NCBI GenBank assembly: GCA_020833025.1
Contig: JAJHRB010000001.1
Location: forward strand, 12,277-76,276
DNA length: 64,000 nucleotides
Reading direction: 5' to 3'
Source: Thermoproteaceae archaeon
Lineage (GTDB): Archaea; Thermoproteota; Thermoprotei; Thermoproteales; Thermoproteaceae
A program made the position numbers and the translations under genes. Under the pieces are notes generated by a model, which was not told the DNA's origin, searched no databases, and saw only the letters and a program-made list of their open reading frames with translations. Shown piece after piece: positions 19,078 to 31,866 of the stretch (position 1 is its first letter; each line of letters opens with the position of its first letter).

Positions 19078-19545
19078 TTACTCAATGATGAGGTCTGGCG
19101 TTGCGTACCACGCGAGGGCCCACCTGCCCTCAGCCCCCCTCACGAGAGCCACAACGCCCGAGTACCTGAACTTTATAATCTCCCTGGAGGGATCCCCGAG
19201 GAGCAAGAGCGAGGCCAGTCTGGAGAGGTGCGGCAGGTGCCCAACCAGCATCACGTCATCGAGAGTGGAGAGCCTCGACGCCCATATGCCTGGATCGTCA
19301 CTAGGCCCCAGCCCCGTCTCCTCTCTCGCGCTGCACCTGAGATGCCTAGCAAAGATCTCGGCTGTTTGTCTGGCCCTGGCCCTCCCGCTGTGCACTATCT
19401 CGCGCACTCTAATGCCAGCACGCGCGAGGAACCTCGCTACTCTCTCGGTCTCGGCAGCGCCCTCTGGCGTCAGTCTCCTTTCCGGGTCCTCAGCCTCACT
19501 GTAGGCCTTGCCGTGCTGTGCCAGTAGTATCACAGACTCTCGCAC
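19078..19545 (-). CDS. sixA: SixA-like phosphohistidine phosphatase
   Basis: LAQHG..., RRLTPEG, HSGRARARQTA, LVGHLPHL. Confidence 0.8.
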   Translation of the reverse strand: MRESVILLAQHGKAYSEAEDPERRLTPEGAAETERVARFLARAGIRVREIVHSGRARARQTAEIFARHLRCSAREETGLGPSDDPGIWASRLSTLDDVMLVGHLPHLSRLASLLLLGDPSREIIKFRYSGVVALVRGAEGRWALAWYATPDLIIE

Positions 19546-19628
19546 GGGCGCATTTTAAGGCTTTGCCAAGCCTGCCGCAACTGACAGTTGAAAGAATTGC
19601 AGCTATATTAGCGCTTGCATCGAGGGGC

Positions 19629-20345
19629 GTGAGGAGAAGGAGGCTCGGGCAGCACTTCCTCCGCGACAGATCGGTCGCGGAGTATATAGTGAGCCTGGTG
19701 CCGCCCGGCCTTGATGTCATAGAAATCGGGCCGGGCAGGGGGGCCCTGACGCTTCCCCTCGCGCGCAAGTCAAGGACTGTGTATGCGATAGAGGTCGACA
19801 GGAGGCTCGCAGAGACCCTCAGGATGCTCGCGCCGCAGAACGTCGTGGTGATAGAGGGAGACGCGCTTGAGGTCGAGTGGCCCCGGGCGGATTTCGCGAC
19901 TTCTAACGTGCCATACTCCATAACGTCGCCGCTCCTGCTGAAGCTCGCAAGGCACAGGCTCCCGGCCGTGCTCACGGTCCAGCGCGAGGTGGCCGAGCGC
20001 CTCGCGGCGGGGCCCGGCGATGAGAACTACGGGAGGCTCACAGTGGCTGTTAGGTGCCATTATGATGTCGAGATTCTGCGAATTCTGCCGCCGTGGGTCT
20101 TCGAGCCGCCCCCGAAGGTTTACTCCGCCGTGATCAGGCTCATGCCAAGAGAGCCGTGCGTTGACGACTTTGACGGCTTTCAGAGCTTTACGGCGTGGCT
20201 CTTCTCGGCCAGGCGGAAGACGCTGAGGAGGCTGGGTCTCGCAGAATCAGAGAGAAGGGTGCATCAGCTCTCCTTGCGGGAGATCGCCGAGCTCTATGAG
20301 TCCGTGACGCGCGCGGCCGCGCCAGGGCGGCGGGGGGCGGCATAG
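19629..20345 (+). CDS. ksgA: 16S rRNA adenine dimethyltransferase KsgA/Dim1
   Basis: LGQHFL, EIGPGRGALT, NVPYSIT, PPPKVYS; probable GTG start at 19629. Confidence 0.93.
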   Translation: MRRRRLGQHFLRDRSVAEYIVSLVPPGLDVIEIGPGRGALTLPLARKSRTVYAIEVDRRLAETLRMLAPQNVVVIEGDALEVEWPRADFATSNVPYSITSPLLLKLARHRLPAVLTVQREVAERLAAGPGDENYGRLTVAVRCHYDVEILRILPPWVFEPPPKVYSAVIRLMPREPCVDDFDGFQSFTAWLFSARRKTLRRLGLAESERRVHQLSLREIAELYESVTRAAAPGRRGAA

Positions 20346-20357
20346 TGCGGCGCGGGC

Positions 20358-21221
20358 GTGCCGCTGCTAAAGCTCGTGTTCCTTGGCACCGGCGGCGCGG
20401 TTCCGAGGCCCGGGAGTGCGCTGCCAGCGATATACCTAGAGGACTGGCTCGGCAATAGAGTGCTGCTTGACGCAGGCGAGGGCGCTCAGTACAGGCTGCT
20501 GGAGGCTGGCGTGTCCCCCGCCTCGCTGACTCTCATCGCGGTGACCCACATGCACGAGGATCACGTGCTCGGCCTCCCTGGCACTCTGGCCACAGCGTCA
20601 CTTTTCGGCGGCAGGCCGGTCGTGCTCGCGCCGAGATCTGCCCACGACGTGCTCAGGGGGCTTGGAGTCGAGGTGATGGAGCGATATGAGTCGCGCCGCT
20701 TCCGGGTCTCGTGCGTTCGGACGTGCCACACCATTGATGCATGCGGTTGGCTCCTTGAGTGGGATGCCGGCATTAAGTTCAGCCGCGATAAGATAGCGGA
20801 GCTCCCAAGGTGGGCCGTGGCGGCGCTGGCCAGGGGCGAGGCCGTCGAGGTGGGAGGCAGGGTCATAAGGCAGGATGACGTGGTGGAGGGCCGCCAGAGG
20901 AGGTTCAAGCGCCTCCTGTACACTGGAGACACGGCCCCATGTCCGGAGGTGTGGAGCGCCGTCGGGGAGGTCGATGTGTTAATACACGAGGCGGCGTTCG
21001 CAGATGACGTGAGCCCGCGGAAGGCGCACAGAGAGGGGCACTCGACAATAGTCGACGCGGTAGAGGCCGCGAGGGCGCTCAGGGCCAGAGTGCTCGTGGT
21101 TACGCACGTAAGCGCGAGATATCCGGACAAGAGTAGACATAAAGCACTTGCCAGGGTGGTCAGGCCGCCGCCTTACGTCTACGTGCCTGACGACATGGAC
21201 GCGCTCCTCATATCTCTCTGA
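20358..21221 (+). CDS. rnz: Ribonuclease Z
   Basis: FLGTGG, THMHEDH, YTGDT, HEA, GHST, THVSARY. Confidence 0.92.
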   Translation: MPLLKLVFLGTGGAVPRPGSALPAIYLEDWLGNRVLLDAGEGAQYRLLEAGVSPASLTLIAVTHMHEDHVLGLPGTLATASLFGGRPVVLAPRSAHDVLRGLGVEVMERYESRRFRVSCVRTCHTIDACGWLLEWDAGIKFSRDKIAELPRWAVAALARGEAVEVGGRVIRQDDVVEGRQRRFKRLLYTGDTAPCPEVWSAVGEVDVLIHEAAFADDVSPRKAHREGHSTIVDAVEAARALRARVLVVTHVSARYPDKSRHKALARVVRPPPYVYVPDDMDALLISL

Positions 21222-21223
21222 AC

Positions 21224-21976
21224 TCACACTCTGACTGCCACGTAAATTACCGTCGTGGAGAGGGGCGCCAGGCACTTCAGCACGTCAAACTTCTCAAAGA
21301 ACTTCAGCCTGAAGCCCCTTTGCAGGAGTCTCGACGGGAGGGGCGGGAGCAAGTACACGGGCCTTGCCTCGACGAGCTTAAAACCGGCCCGTCTCATTGA
21401 CGATACCACATGAAAGTATGAGTAGTAAGTGAACGGCACCTCTCTGCCGGAGAACTCCCACACTCCCCTGACGGCACCTCTGATGAGTGCCGCGAGCAGC
21501 TTACGCACTCCCTGGTATATCGCGTACTCGAAGAACATGTCGAGACACACCGCATTGTCGATATCAGCAATGAACACGCCGCCGCGCTTAAGCACGCAAG
21601 CAGCGGAAGTAAACGCGGCATCTGTGTCGGGCAGGTGGTTGTAGACGCTGCCAAGCGCCACCACCGCATCAAAGCTCTCGCACTTGAAGGGCAGCGACGC
21701 GGCGTCTCCTTGTATTCTCTCATCACACGGCTTGCACCTCTTCAGCGACGCGCATGATATATCAAGCGACGTGACGTGGGCGCCCCTGCGCCTCAGGTAG
21801 ATGCTCCAGAACCCAGTCCCCGCCCCGACGTCAAGGACGCGCGTCCGCGGCTTTATATATGCATCCAGCACGTTGCCAATCTTCATGTACAGCGTCCTGT
21901 AGTACTCCGAGCCGAGATACAAGCTCTCGTAAAACAGCGCTATCGAGTCGTAATACTCCGCTACCCTATTCCTCAC
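21224..21976 (-). CDS. Class I SAM-dependent methyltransferase
   Basis: VLDVGAGTG motif I; FDAVV; LKRGG. Confidence 0.85.
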   Translation of the reverse strand: MRNRVAEYYDSIALFYESLYLGSEYYRTLYMKIGNVLDAYIKPRTRVLDVGAGTGFWSIYLRRRGAHVTSLDISCASLKRCKPCDERIQGDAASLPFKCESFDAVVALGSVYNHLPDTDAAFTSAACVLKRGGVFIADIDNAVCLDMFFEYAIYQGVRKLLAALIRGAVRGVWEFSGREVPFTYYSYFHVVSSMRRAGFKLVEARPVYLLPPLPSRLLQRGFRLKFFEKFDVLKCLAPLSTTVIYVAVRV

Positions 21977-21978
21977 CG

Positions 21979-23556
21979 TTATCTCGGCTCGATCTTGAAG
22001 TCTACGGAAAACTTCTTCCTGAGCTTCTCGAGCTTTGCCGCGCTGCGCGAGAGAACTATATTAAGGTACTCCTCAGGCACTCTTATAACTACAAGCCCGT
22101 CGCGCTCCTCGATCCGTATTTCATGTGGCGGCACGTAGCGCTTCAGTGTAGATATCACCATGGAACGAATCTTTCTCGACAGCGCCCCTAGCTCGGCCCT
22201 CCCCACTGGCACAATGAACGTCTCCTCGCCGAAAACGTAGATTTCATACTCCACCTCGTCGCTCAGGAAGTCCTTGACTAGTATTACCGGCCTCGCGAGA
22301 TCCTCCTCCCTCATGCCGGCGGGCACCTTAACAACCATTGACAGCGCATACACCTTCCTAACCTCTCCCTCCCTCATGAAGATCACTGTGTCAATTATTG
22401 ACGGTATCATGCCCAGCTCTACTCTCGTGATGAAGCGCTGGATGGCATCAATGGGCGACGTTGCGTGGACAACGCCGACCATGCCTATGCCCGCGAGTCT
22501 CAAGTCGACATAGAGTTGAAAGTCAGTATCATTTCTCATCTCATCGAATATTGTATAGTCGGGGCGCGAGAGCAGCAAGATGTCGTGTATCTCCTCAGGG
22601 GAGGCTGCGCTCTTGGACAGCTGGGTTATCGCGGGGCTCAGGACCATGTCTCTCGGCGATTCTATTGTCTTCACTATTTTGCCCTTGCTCAAGTAGAACT
22701 CCGCCAGAGCCTGGGCAAACGTCGTCTTGCCCGCGCCCGGCGCGCCTGCAATTAGTATACCCTCGGCGCTCTTCTCGAGACGCTCTATCACCTTGACATT
22801 GAGACCGTAGTCCTCAATCCTCCTCTTGAGTATTGGCCTCGTCGCCGTTATTTCGAGCCTCTCCGACACTGGCGGGAACGTCACAACAATTCTATACTCC
22901 TTGTGCTGTAATATCAGCGAGTGCGGCCTCCTTATTTCAATCCTCGTCCTGGATTCCGGTCTCGACGCCTCGGAGATCAGCTCCCGAGCTATCTCCTCGA
23001 GCTGTCTCCGCGTGACCGGCTCTTGGGACAGCTGCACGAGATGCCAGCTGCCTGGCCTGCCGATCTTCCCCATTGGCGGGAGACCCTCCTTGAGGTGGAC
23101 TGACATGACGTCTGCGTTAAAGAACTTCTCGATTGTCAGCACGTCGCGCGGCCTCCCTAAGTACAGCACCTCAATGCCCTGAGCCAGCGCTGCGTCTCTG
23201 GCAAGCTCGTCGCTCGTGACGTAAGTGCAGTTGTTCTCTCTTGCGAACTGCCTCGCGCGGGACTCGATGTCGGGAAGCTCCGGGCGCCCCCGCGCCTGCA
23301 CGACCTCAACCCTCACGAAGTCCGAGAGCCCGAGCTTCTCGATCGCGCTGCGCAGCTCTCTCAACTCCTCCACGGCAATCAGGCCGATGCCGTCGCCCTG
23401 CCTAGCGAGCGAGACGAAGTGCTCGACCATCTCGGACAGGAGGAACACCGTGCCCCGTATCACGCCGCCGACAACTGCATCCTTGAGGCTCCCGTCGAGT
23501 ATCGCGGAGCTGCCAGCCACATATTTGCTCACCGGCCTCTTACGGCGCGAAGGCAT
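21979..23556 (-). CDS. PINc/VapC-family ATPase (PINA-like; PIN + ATPase + KH)
   Basis: N-terminal PIN-like domain, GAPGAGKTT, FDEMR, VHAT, C-terminal KH-like region. Confidence 0.88.
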   Translation of the reverse strand: MPSRRKRPVSKYVAGSSAILDGSLKDAVVGGVIRGTVFLLSEMVEHFVSLARQGDGIGLIAVEELRELRSAIEKLGLSDFVRVEVVQARGRPELPDIESRARQFARENNCTYVTSDELARDAALAQGIEVLYLGRPRDVLTIEKFFNADVMSVHLKEGLPPMGKIGRPGSWHLVQLSQEPVTRRQLEEIARELISEASRPESRTRIEIRRPHSLILQHKEYRIVVTFPPVSERLEITATRPILKRRIEDYGLNVKVIERLEKSAEGILIAGAPGAGKTTFAQALAEFYLSKGKIVKTIESPRDMVLSPAITQLSKSAASPEEIHDILLLSRPDYTIFDEMRNDTDFQLYVDLRLAGIGMVGVVHATSPIDAIQRFITRVELGMIPSIIDTVIFMREGEVRKVYALSMVVKVPAGMREEDLARPVILVKDFLSDEVEYEIYVFGEETFIVPVGRAELGALSRKIRSMVISTLKRYVPPHEIRIEERDGLVVIRVPEEYLNIVLSRSAAKLEKLRKKFSVDFKIEPR

Positions 23557-23784
23557 TAAAAATCCTCAGCACCGCGTGCTCCCCTTCAGCTCCCGGCAGC
23601 CTGGGGCAGGGCCTCGGCTTGCCCAGCGCGTTAGCACGTACTGACGCGGCCCCGCGCCATTACTGGCGCGCTCGGGGCTTTGGCTGGTGGCACCCTCACT
23701 AGGCGGCGCCCGCCAGTGCCTCCGGCGACAGACTGACCGGGAGGGTTGCCGGCTGCGGTTTTTTCACTATTCCCTCCGCGCCGG

Positions 23785-24567
23785 TTAGACGCCAGCGCAC
23801 TTCATCAGTTTCGCTACGTGGAGCAGCAGCCTGGAAACCTTAACGGCCGTAATGTCCGAGACGTCATTGAGCGGTGAGAATTCCACAATATCAACGGCAA
23901 TGGGCTTAAGGCTCAGTACTAAATCCGCGACTAGGCTCTCGAGCACCGAGTAGCTAATTCCGCCGGCCTCGGGCACACCAACTCCAGGGGCCTGTGAGGG
24001 GTCAAGAACGTCCACGTCAATGCTTACATAGACTCTACCAGATGCTGTAGATACGGCGTCGGCAATGGCGTCGCGGCCGAAATTGCTGCCCTCCACGACA
24101 AAAAACCCAGCGCCGTTAGCGTACGTGTACTCCTCGTCGCCATAGGCTCTGACGCCCACGACGATGGCGTAAAACCCCAGTCTCTCGTGAGCCCTCCGGA
24201 GAAACGTCGCGTGCGATAGCTTCTGGCCTGGCGGCCACTCGTCCCGCAGGTCGAAGTGCGCGTCCACGTGGACGTAGGTGTCGGGCCTTAGAGCCTCCAG
24301 CGCCGCGAGCGTTACTGTATGCTCGCCGCCGAGCATGATAAACGGCGTGCCTACTCCCTCGACGAACCGCTTCAGCCTTGCCAGGTTCTCCTCCACCGCG
24401 CCGCGCAGCAGGTTAACGTCTCCCATGTCGCACAGCAGCCTCTCGGCGCTTCCGAGCAGCGTTGTCGGCTCAATGTACGGCATCACAAACCGCACTCTCT
24501 GGGGCGCAAATCTCGTGCCAGGCCTGAAGCTGACAGTGTCCTCCATGGGGGCTCCAAAGAGTTTCAC
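23785..24567 (-). CDS. Agmatinase/ureohydrolase family protein
   Basis: GGEHT, DAHFD, SIDVDVLDP and PEAGG motifs; probable GTG start at 24567. Confidence 0.88.
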   Translation of the reverse strand: MKLFGAPMEDTVSFRPGTRFAPQRVRFVMPYIEPTTLLGSAERLLCDMGDVNLLRGAVEENLARLKRFVEGVGTPFIMLGGEHTVTLAALEALRPDTYVHVDAHFDLRDEWPPGQKLSHATFLRRAHERLGFYAIVVGVRAYGDEEYTYANGAGFFVVEGSNFGRDAIADAVSTASGRVYVSIDVDVLDPSQAPGVGVPEAGGISYSVLESLVADLVLSLKPIAVDIVEFSPLNDVSDITAVKVSRLLLHVAKLMKCAGV

Positions 24568-24577
24568 CTCCTGGTCC

Positions 24578-25483
24578 CTACATGTGCGCATGTATACATT
24601 GTTTCTCTGCACGTTTGCGCGCTTTGCGCTTGGGAATTATCTTTATGTCGACGTGTACTACTAGTGGGTGGAGTTTCATGACGCTCCTGATAATCCTAGA
24701 CCTCAGTACGTGCAGCTGGCCCACCGTCATCTCGGGGCTCACCGCGATGAGGGCATACACCACGAGAAAGCTGCCGGCCCTTCTAATCTTTAGATTAAGC
24801 GGCTTGCCGATGCTCAGTAGCTTTTCGCGTATCTTTCCCTCCAGTGCCGGATCTCTGTACAACACGCCCAGAATCCCGTAAGTGGCATCTCTGCTAAGCC
24901 TTGCGAACTCATACAGCACGTAGCAGTACGCTGCAATCACCGCGATCATCTCGGCTGCGAAGAGCTTGAAGAAGTTGCTCGCGCAGACCGCCGCGGCGAA
25001 GCCGGCCGACAGGATGGTGTCGACCTTTGCGTGGAGGGCGTCTGCCTTGAGCACGGTGAGCTTTAGCGTTTGGTAGTTCCGGCGCTCCCACACATACATA
25101 GCATATGTCAGCGCGGCGCCGGCGAGAAAGAGCGGGGCAGCCCACAGCGGCGTTGGCGTGCCCTCCAGCCTAGTGGACGTGACGAGCATGTAGGTGTAAA
25201 AGCCCAGCACTGCAAGCACCGAGAGCAGCGTCACTAAGCTCTCAAGGCGGTAGACTTCCCACGGGAATGAGCGGCCCCGCCTCGACGCGTAGTACAGCCC
25301 GAAGCCGGAGACATAGGCAATCGCGGCGTCCATGAAGCCGTGAAGCGCATCGCCAATTATGAGCAGGCTCTCGTACATGACGCCGAGCACCAGCTCAATA
25401 AGTGTGTACGCTAGCGAGATGGTGCCCATTATGAAGAGATAGAGAGACGCTATCCACAGTCTGATGTGCGGTCTCACACTCAA
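24578..25483 (-). CDS. Cation diffusion facilitator (CDF) transporter
   Basis: Multiple TM helices, DALHGFMD and ADALHAKVD metal-site motifs, C-terminal dimerisation domain. Confidence 0.85.
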   Translation of the reverse strand: MSVRPHIRLWIASLYLFIMGTISLAYTLIELVLGVMYESLLIIGDALHGFMDAAIAYVSGFGLYYASRRGRSFPWEVYRLESLVTLLSVLAVLGFYTYMLVTSTRLEGTPTPLWAAPLFLAGAALTYAMYVWERRNYQTLKLTVLKADALHAKVDTILSAGFAAAVCASNFFKLFAAEMIAVIAAYCYVLYEFARLSRDATYGILGVLYRDPALEGKIREKLLSIGKPLNLKIRRAGSFLVVYALIAVSPEMTVGQLHVLRSRIIRSVMKLHPLVVHVDIKIIPKRKARKRAEKQCIHAHM

Positions 25484-25614
25484 AGTTTACAATACAATGT
25501 TAATAAGCAGGATCCCGCGATGGCAGCCGGCCACTGCCGCGCGGCTCTGGCGCGTGCCTGGCCCCGCGAGACTACCTTGAAGCACATCTTAAATACGGCG
25601 CGACATGCAAACTA

Positions 25615-27372
25615 ATGCGCCGCGCCGAGCTGCTCGATGACATAATAAAGCGCCGCTTGATTTACTGGCCGTCGTTTGAGATTTACGGCGGGGTTGGCGG
25701 TTTTTACGACTACGGCCCTCTCGGAGCTCAGCTCAGGCGTAATATAATTGAGAAGTGGAGGAGCGTATTCATTCTGCCATATCAGGATACCATAGTTGAA
25801 ATTGAAACTCCCATCATAATGCCGGAGCCCGTCTTTAGGGCGTCAGGGCACCTGGATCACTTTACGGATTACGTTATAACGTGCACTAAGTGCGGCAGAA
25901 AGTACCGGGCAGATCACTTAGTGGAGGAGGAGCTTGCAAAGCGCAGACTCAAGGTCTCGGCCGAGGGCCTCCCGCCTGAATCTCTCCAGCAGCTGGTCGA
26001 TGAATACAAAATTTCATGCCCGGCGTGCGGGGGCGCGCTAAACGGCGTCGAGACGTTCAACTTGCTCTTCAGGACAACGGTGGGGCCCTATAGCAACAGC
26101 ACTGGCTACTTGAGACCAGAAACGGCTCAGGGAATTTTCGTGGCCTTCCCGCGAGTAGTGGAGTACATGAGGCGCAGGCTTCCGTTCGGGGTTGCCCAGA
26201 TCGGGAGAGTCGCCAGGAACGAAATCTCGCCGAGAGGGGGTCTTATCAGGCTTCGGGAGTTCACGCAGATGGAAATAGAGCTCTTTTTCGACCCGCTGAG
26301 CCCCAAGTGCCCGTACTTCGCTGAGGTGGAGAATATCGAGGTGCCCGTGGTCCCCGAGGAGCTCGTCGCTAAGGGCCAGAGCGAGCCGCTGCTTCTAACT
26401 GCGCGCGAGATAGTAGAGAGGAATTACGCCAGCGAGTGGATGGCGTTCTTCATGGCGCTCTCGGTGAAGTTCCTCAGAGGGCTCGGCGTGCCGCTCGAGA
26501 GGCAGAAGTTCGTAGGCAAGCTTCCGCACGAGAGGGCCCACTACTCCTCCAAGTCTTACGATCAGGTAGTGCTGACGGAGCGCTTCGGCTGGATAGAGGT
26601 GTCCGGGCACGCGTACCGCGCTGATTATGACCTGTCGCGGCACAGCAAGTACAGCGGCTACGAGATATATCTAGAGAGGAGGCTCCCAGAGCCCAGAGAG
26701 GTTGAGGTCGCCAGAGTGTATCCCAATCCGGCCGCGATAAGGGAAAGGTATGGCGAGAGAATCGGCGAGGTTATAAAGGCAATTAAGGAGGGCGGGGATG
26801 TTATCGCCAGCGCGTTCAGGAGTGAGGCGGACAGGGTTAGCCTCGGCCCCTACGTGATAACCAGAGACATGGTGTTCATAAAGGTTGAGAGAAAGAGAGT
26901 GGAGTTCGAGAAGTTCGTGCCTCACGTGGTCGAGCCGTCTTTCGGTCTCGACAGAGTCCTTTACGTAACGCTGGAATTAGCCGTGGCGGAGGAGGGGGGC
27001 AGAGTTTACCTCAAGCTCCCGCCGGATATAGCACCCGTTAATGCATGCATTCTGCCCATTGTGAGACGCGCCGAGTATGTCGAAATAGGCAGCAGGTTAA
27101 TGAGGGAGCTCGCGCGGGAGGGCTTTATAGTACTTTACGACGACGAGGGGACAATAGGCAGCAGGTATGCAAGCTGCGACGAAATAGGGACGCCTGCAGC
27201 AATAACAATCGACGAGCGGACGCTTGTAGACGGCACAGTTACGGTCAGGGACCGCGACACAAGGAGGCAAGTGAGAGTGCGCATCAGCGACGTGGCCAAG
27301 TTCGTTGAGCTCGTAAGGCGGGGAGTTGGATTTGACAGCGCGGCAAAAGCGCTCGGCGCCGCGCCAGCATAG
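25615..27372 (+). CDS. glyS: Glycine--tRNA ligase (archaeal/eukaryotic type)
   Basis: YDYGPLG, LRPETAQGIF, RNEISPR, REFTQME, EPSFGLDR. Confidence 0.96.
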   Translation: MRRAELLDDIIKRRLIYWPSFEIYGGVGGFYDYGPLGAQLRRNIIEKWRSVFILPYQDTIVEIETPIIMPEPVFRASGHLDHFTDYVITCTKCGRKYRADHLVEEELAKRRLKVSAEGLPPESLQQLVDEYKISCPACGGALNGVETFNLLFRTTVGPYSNSTGYLRPETAQGIFVAFPRVVEYMRRRLPFGVAQIGRVARNEISPRGGLIRLREFTQMEIELFFDPLSPKCPYFAEVENIEVPVVPEELVAKGQSEPLLLTAREIVERNYASEWMAFFMALSVKFLRGLGVPLERQKFVGKLPHERAHYSSKSYDQVVLTERFGWIEVSGHAYRADYDLSRHSKYSGYEIYLERRLPEPREVEVARVYPNPAAIRERYGERIGEVIKAIKEGGDVIASAFRSEADRVSLGPYVITRDMVFIKVERKRVEFEKFVPHVVEPSFGLDRVLYVTLELAVAEEGGRVYLKLPPDIAPVNACILPIVRRAEYVEIGSRLMRELAREGFIVLYDDEGTIGSRYASCDEIGTPAAITIDERTLVDGTVTVRDRDTRRQVRVRISDVAKFVELVRRGVGFDSAAKALGAAPA

Positions 27373-27469
27373 TGGCGGTCTCGCGCGCCGGCGGGCGGCC
27401 CGGGCAGCAGGGGCGCACTCCCAAGACTCCCGCAGTTCGGTTTTTAAGAGCGGGCGTTCAGGAATTTCA

Positions 27470-27820
27470 ATGAGCGGAGCGGAGGTAGAGAGGGGGAGGA
27501 GACTGCTAGTGCCGTCATTCCTAACTCCGCAGCAAGAGCGAAAAGAGCCGAGGCGCGGCGAGCGGAGAGTGAGAGCCAGGGGAATCGAGGGAATTGACAG
27601 AGGGTTTGTGAGGATATCTGCCGAGCTCCACGAGGCTCTCGAGAGGCCCGCCGAAATTGAGATTGTCGTGCCAGGAGGCTCGACGCATACTAGGCGCGAG
27701 GCGTTCAAAGTAGTGGTAGATAGCAAGGTGCCGAGCAGCGAGATTCATATGAGCCGAGACGACATGCGAGCGCTAGGAGTTGCCGACAATACCGTCGTGA
27801 CCGTCAGGAGGAAGCTATGA
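27470..27820 (+). CDS. Conserved hypothetical protein (possible double-psi-barrel-like fold)
   Basis: ATG after TTTTTAAG promoter; ATGA overlap with endA. Confidence 0.6.
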   Translation: MSGAEVERGRRLLVPSFLTPQQERKEPRRGERRVRARGIEGIDRGFVRISAELHEALERPAEIEIVVPGGSTHTRREAFKVVVDSKVPSSEIHMSRDDMRALGVADNTVVTVRRKL

Positions 27821-28368
27821 TCGGCGTGCTGAGGGGTCTGGCCGTAATTGTTGATAATGTAGAGTACGCTAGGAAGTTATACAAAGAGGGCTTTTACGGT
27901 AGATTTCTGGGCTACGATAAGATAAAGCTAGAGGATATAGATAAAATAAATACGCCGCTCATACTGTCTCTCTTCGAGGCGGTGTACTTAGCAGAAGGGG
28001 AAAGGCTAAAGGTTTTATCCGAAGACGGCATGGAAATACCACCAGAGAAGCTTATGCAAATAGGAAGGGAGAGAATTAAGGACTTCGAGGAGAAGTACAA
28101 AGTGTACAAGCACTTTCGCGACTTGGGCTATATTGTGAAAAGCGGCCTCAAATTCGGCGCGATGTTCTCCGTCTACGAGCGGGGGCCGGGTATTGATCAT
28201 GCGCCTCTAGTCGTTGTATTCCTAGAGCCAGACAGGGGGATTTCCGCAATAGACATAACGCGAGGGGGTAGATTGAGTCACAGCGTGAGAAAGACGTTCA
28301 CGCTGGCAACAGTTCTGAAACAAACAGGGGAAATAGTTCTGCTCGGCTTTACGTGGGCCAAGCTCTGA
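27817..28368 (+). CDS. endA: tRNA-intron endonuclease, catalytic subunit
   Basis: GFYGRFLG crenarchaeal loop, [24 protein letters not shown]. Confidence 0.92.
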   Translation: MIGVLRGLAVIVDNVEYARKLYKEGFYGRFLGYDKIKLEDIDKINTPLILSLFEAVYLAEGERLKVLSEDGMEIPPEKLMQIGRERIKDFEEKYKVYKHFRDLGYIVKSGLKFGAMFSVYERGPGIDHAPLVVVFLEPDRGISAIDITRGGRLSHSVRKTFTLATVLKQTGEIVLLGFTWAKL

Positions 28369-28508
28369 CCCCCTAGGGGCGCTTGGGCAATGCGTACATA
28401 ATGCAGCGCGCCATCGCTCTGCACCCCCTCATGGAGTGGCCGCGAGCTCCTGCACAGAAGGGCGGGGCTTAAATATAGTGCCCTGAAGGGCAGGACCGTC
28501 GCGATGCG

Positions 28509-28904
28509 CTAATCGATCTTTACCTCTGCCGTCTCGCTGTATTCGCCGGCCTTTGCCACTGTAACTTGCAAAACGCCGTCCCTGTACACAGCCTTCGCGC
28601 TGTCTATTCTCAGTCTGAAGGGGAGCTCTACCCTTCTCGACACCGCGAAATTCGAGATTCTCTCCTGTCTGAGCGGCTTTGCCTGAGAGTCACGCTGGGG
28701 CGGCGATGCGGCAATCTCCACGGCTCGCTCGTAAACCCTCACCTTAATGCTCTCCTTTTTAAAGCCTGGCATGTCAATGTATATAGTCACGCCGTCTCCC
28801 GTGTCGTAAATATCGACATCAGGCATCCTCTCCGCCGTGCCGGCTTGCAGGCTGTAAAGCGCCTTCATTCCCTCCTCGAGTCTCTTCAGCACGTCCATGC
28901 GCAC
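28509..28904 (-). CDS. Hsp20/alpha-crystallin small heat-shock protein
   Basis: DMPGFKKE, KAVYRDGVLQV. Confidence 0.88.
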   Translation of the reverse strand: MRMDVLKRLEEGMKALYSLQAGTAERMPDVDIYDTGDGVTIYIDMPGFKKESIKVRVYERAVEIAASPPQRDSQAKPLRQERISNFAVSRRVELPFRLRIDSAKAVYRDGVLQVTVAKAGEYSETAEVKID

Positions 28905-28981
28905 ATGCAGTGGCTGTGCTTATAATACCAAGGCACGGCTTCAGCAAAGGGCTAAAAACGCTCCACGCCCCGGTGTTGCTG

Positions 28982-29206
28982 CTAGGAGTATTTTGGCTCG
29001 ACGGTGCCTATAATCTTGCCGTGGGCGTTTATGGGAAACGAGCGGCCGCACTTAAGACAGCTTATCGTGAAGCCCATGCTATACCAGCTCTCGCCTATTT
29101 CGGTCTCAAATTTGTATTTACAGTGCGGGCACGTCACGAGCACTTTGAGCGTCCTCTCGAGCGTGCCCCCCGAGTATTCCCAATCCTCTGGAAATCCCTC
29201 GGCCAT
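28982..29206 (-). CDS. Small zinc-ribbon protein
   Basis: CPHC...CLKC pair in 74 aa; TATA upstream. Confidence 0.7.
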   Translation of the reverse strand: MAEGFPEDWEYSGGTLERTLKVLVTCPHCKYKFETEIGESWYSMGFTISCLKCGRSFPINAHGKIIGTVEPKYS

Positions 29207-29287
29207 GAGAGGTGGCGCCGGAGTCTCATATAAATATGTACCCGCGGGATTTGGGTAAATTTATATGCCGCGCCGGCCCTTGATAGC

Positions 29288-29629
29288 ATGCCTACAATCA
29301 GGGGAGTTGTGGTATCTAAGCAGCTAGTTTACGACCCCACAGGGACTAGGTATATCAAAATCGACATTATGGAGGAGAGAGAGATCCCGGGCCCCATTGC
29401 CACATTCCCGGCCCACGACGAGCGCGCAACGCACTTGGCGCGTGAGGTTGTGCCGATACTCACGCAGATTATCAAATCGTTGCCATTCGGCGGCGGCAAG
29501 ATTCCAGTGCCTAGGCTGACTGCGTGGCTCACCGACGAGGAGGCCGAGGTGCTTGGCGACATCGATGTGGGAGACACGGTCGTCATAAGCATTGAGGGCG
29601 GCGAGGTGAGAGTAAGGCGAGAGGGCTAG
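29288..29629 (+). CDS. Arcadin-1
   Basis: First gene of the crenactin cluster; size and sequence fit arcadin-1. Confidence 0.75.
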   Translation: MPTIRGVVVSKQLVYDPTGTRYIKIDIMEEREIPGPIATFPAHDERATHLAREVVPILTQIIKSLPFGGGKIPVPRLTAWLTDEEAEVLGDIDVGDTVVISIEGGEVRVRREG

Positions 29630-29665
29630 CCAGTGTGCCTGCCGGCGTGTACTAAAGTTATTTAG

Positions 29666-31620
<1,955 letters not shown>

Positions 31621-31866
31621 GAGCTGCGCGCCCAGCGCGCAAGGACCTTCTACCGGACCTCCTGCAGCAGCATATTAATGGACGTCAAAATATATACTCT
31701 GCGACAAGCCCCGTGCTTGTGAATACAATAATCGAGGAGCTCAGGAAGGTCTTCGGAAGCGGCGACGAGGGAAGGCTTGCAGAGCGGCTGATCTTGGCAT
31801 ACAAGGACGGCGGCACGCGCGCTGTGAGGCTCGTGCTTCACGAATATCTCAAGACACTCGGCGTCA

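Noticed and set aside
19085-19170. ATGATGA C-box match
   Set aside because: Lies antisense within sixA; the next CTGA is about 80 nt away with no internal boxes.
23557-23784. Possible SRP RNA or C/D sRNA between PINA and agmatinase
   Set aside because: No SRP helix-8 motif and no complete box set.
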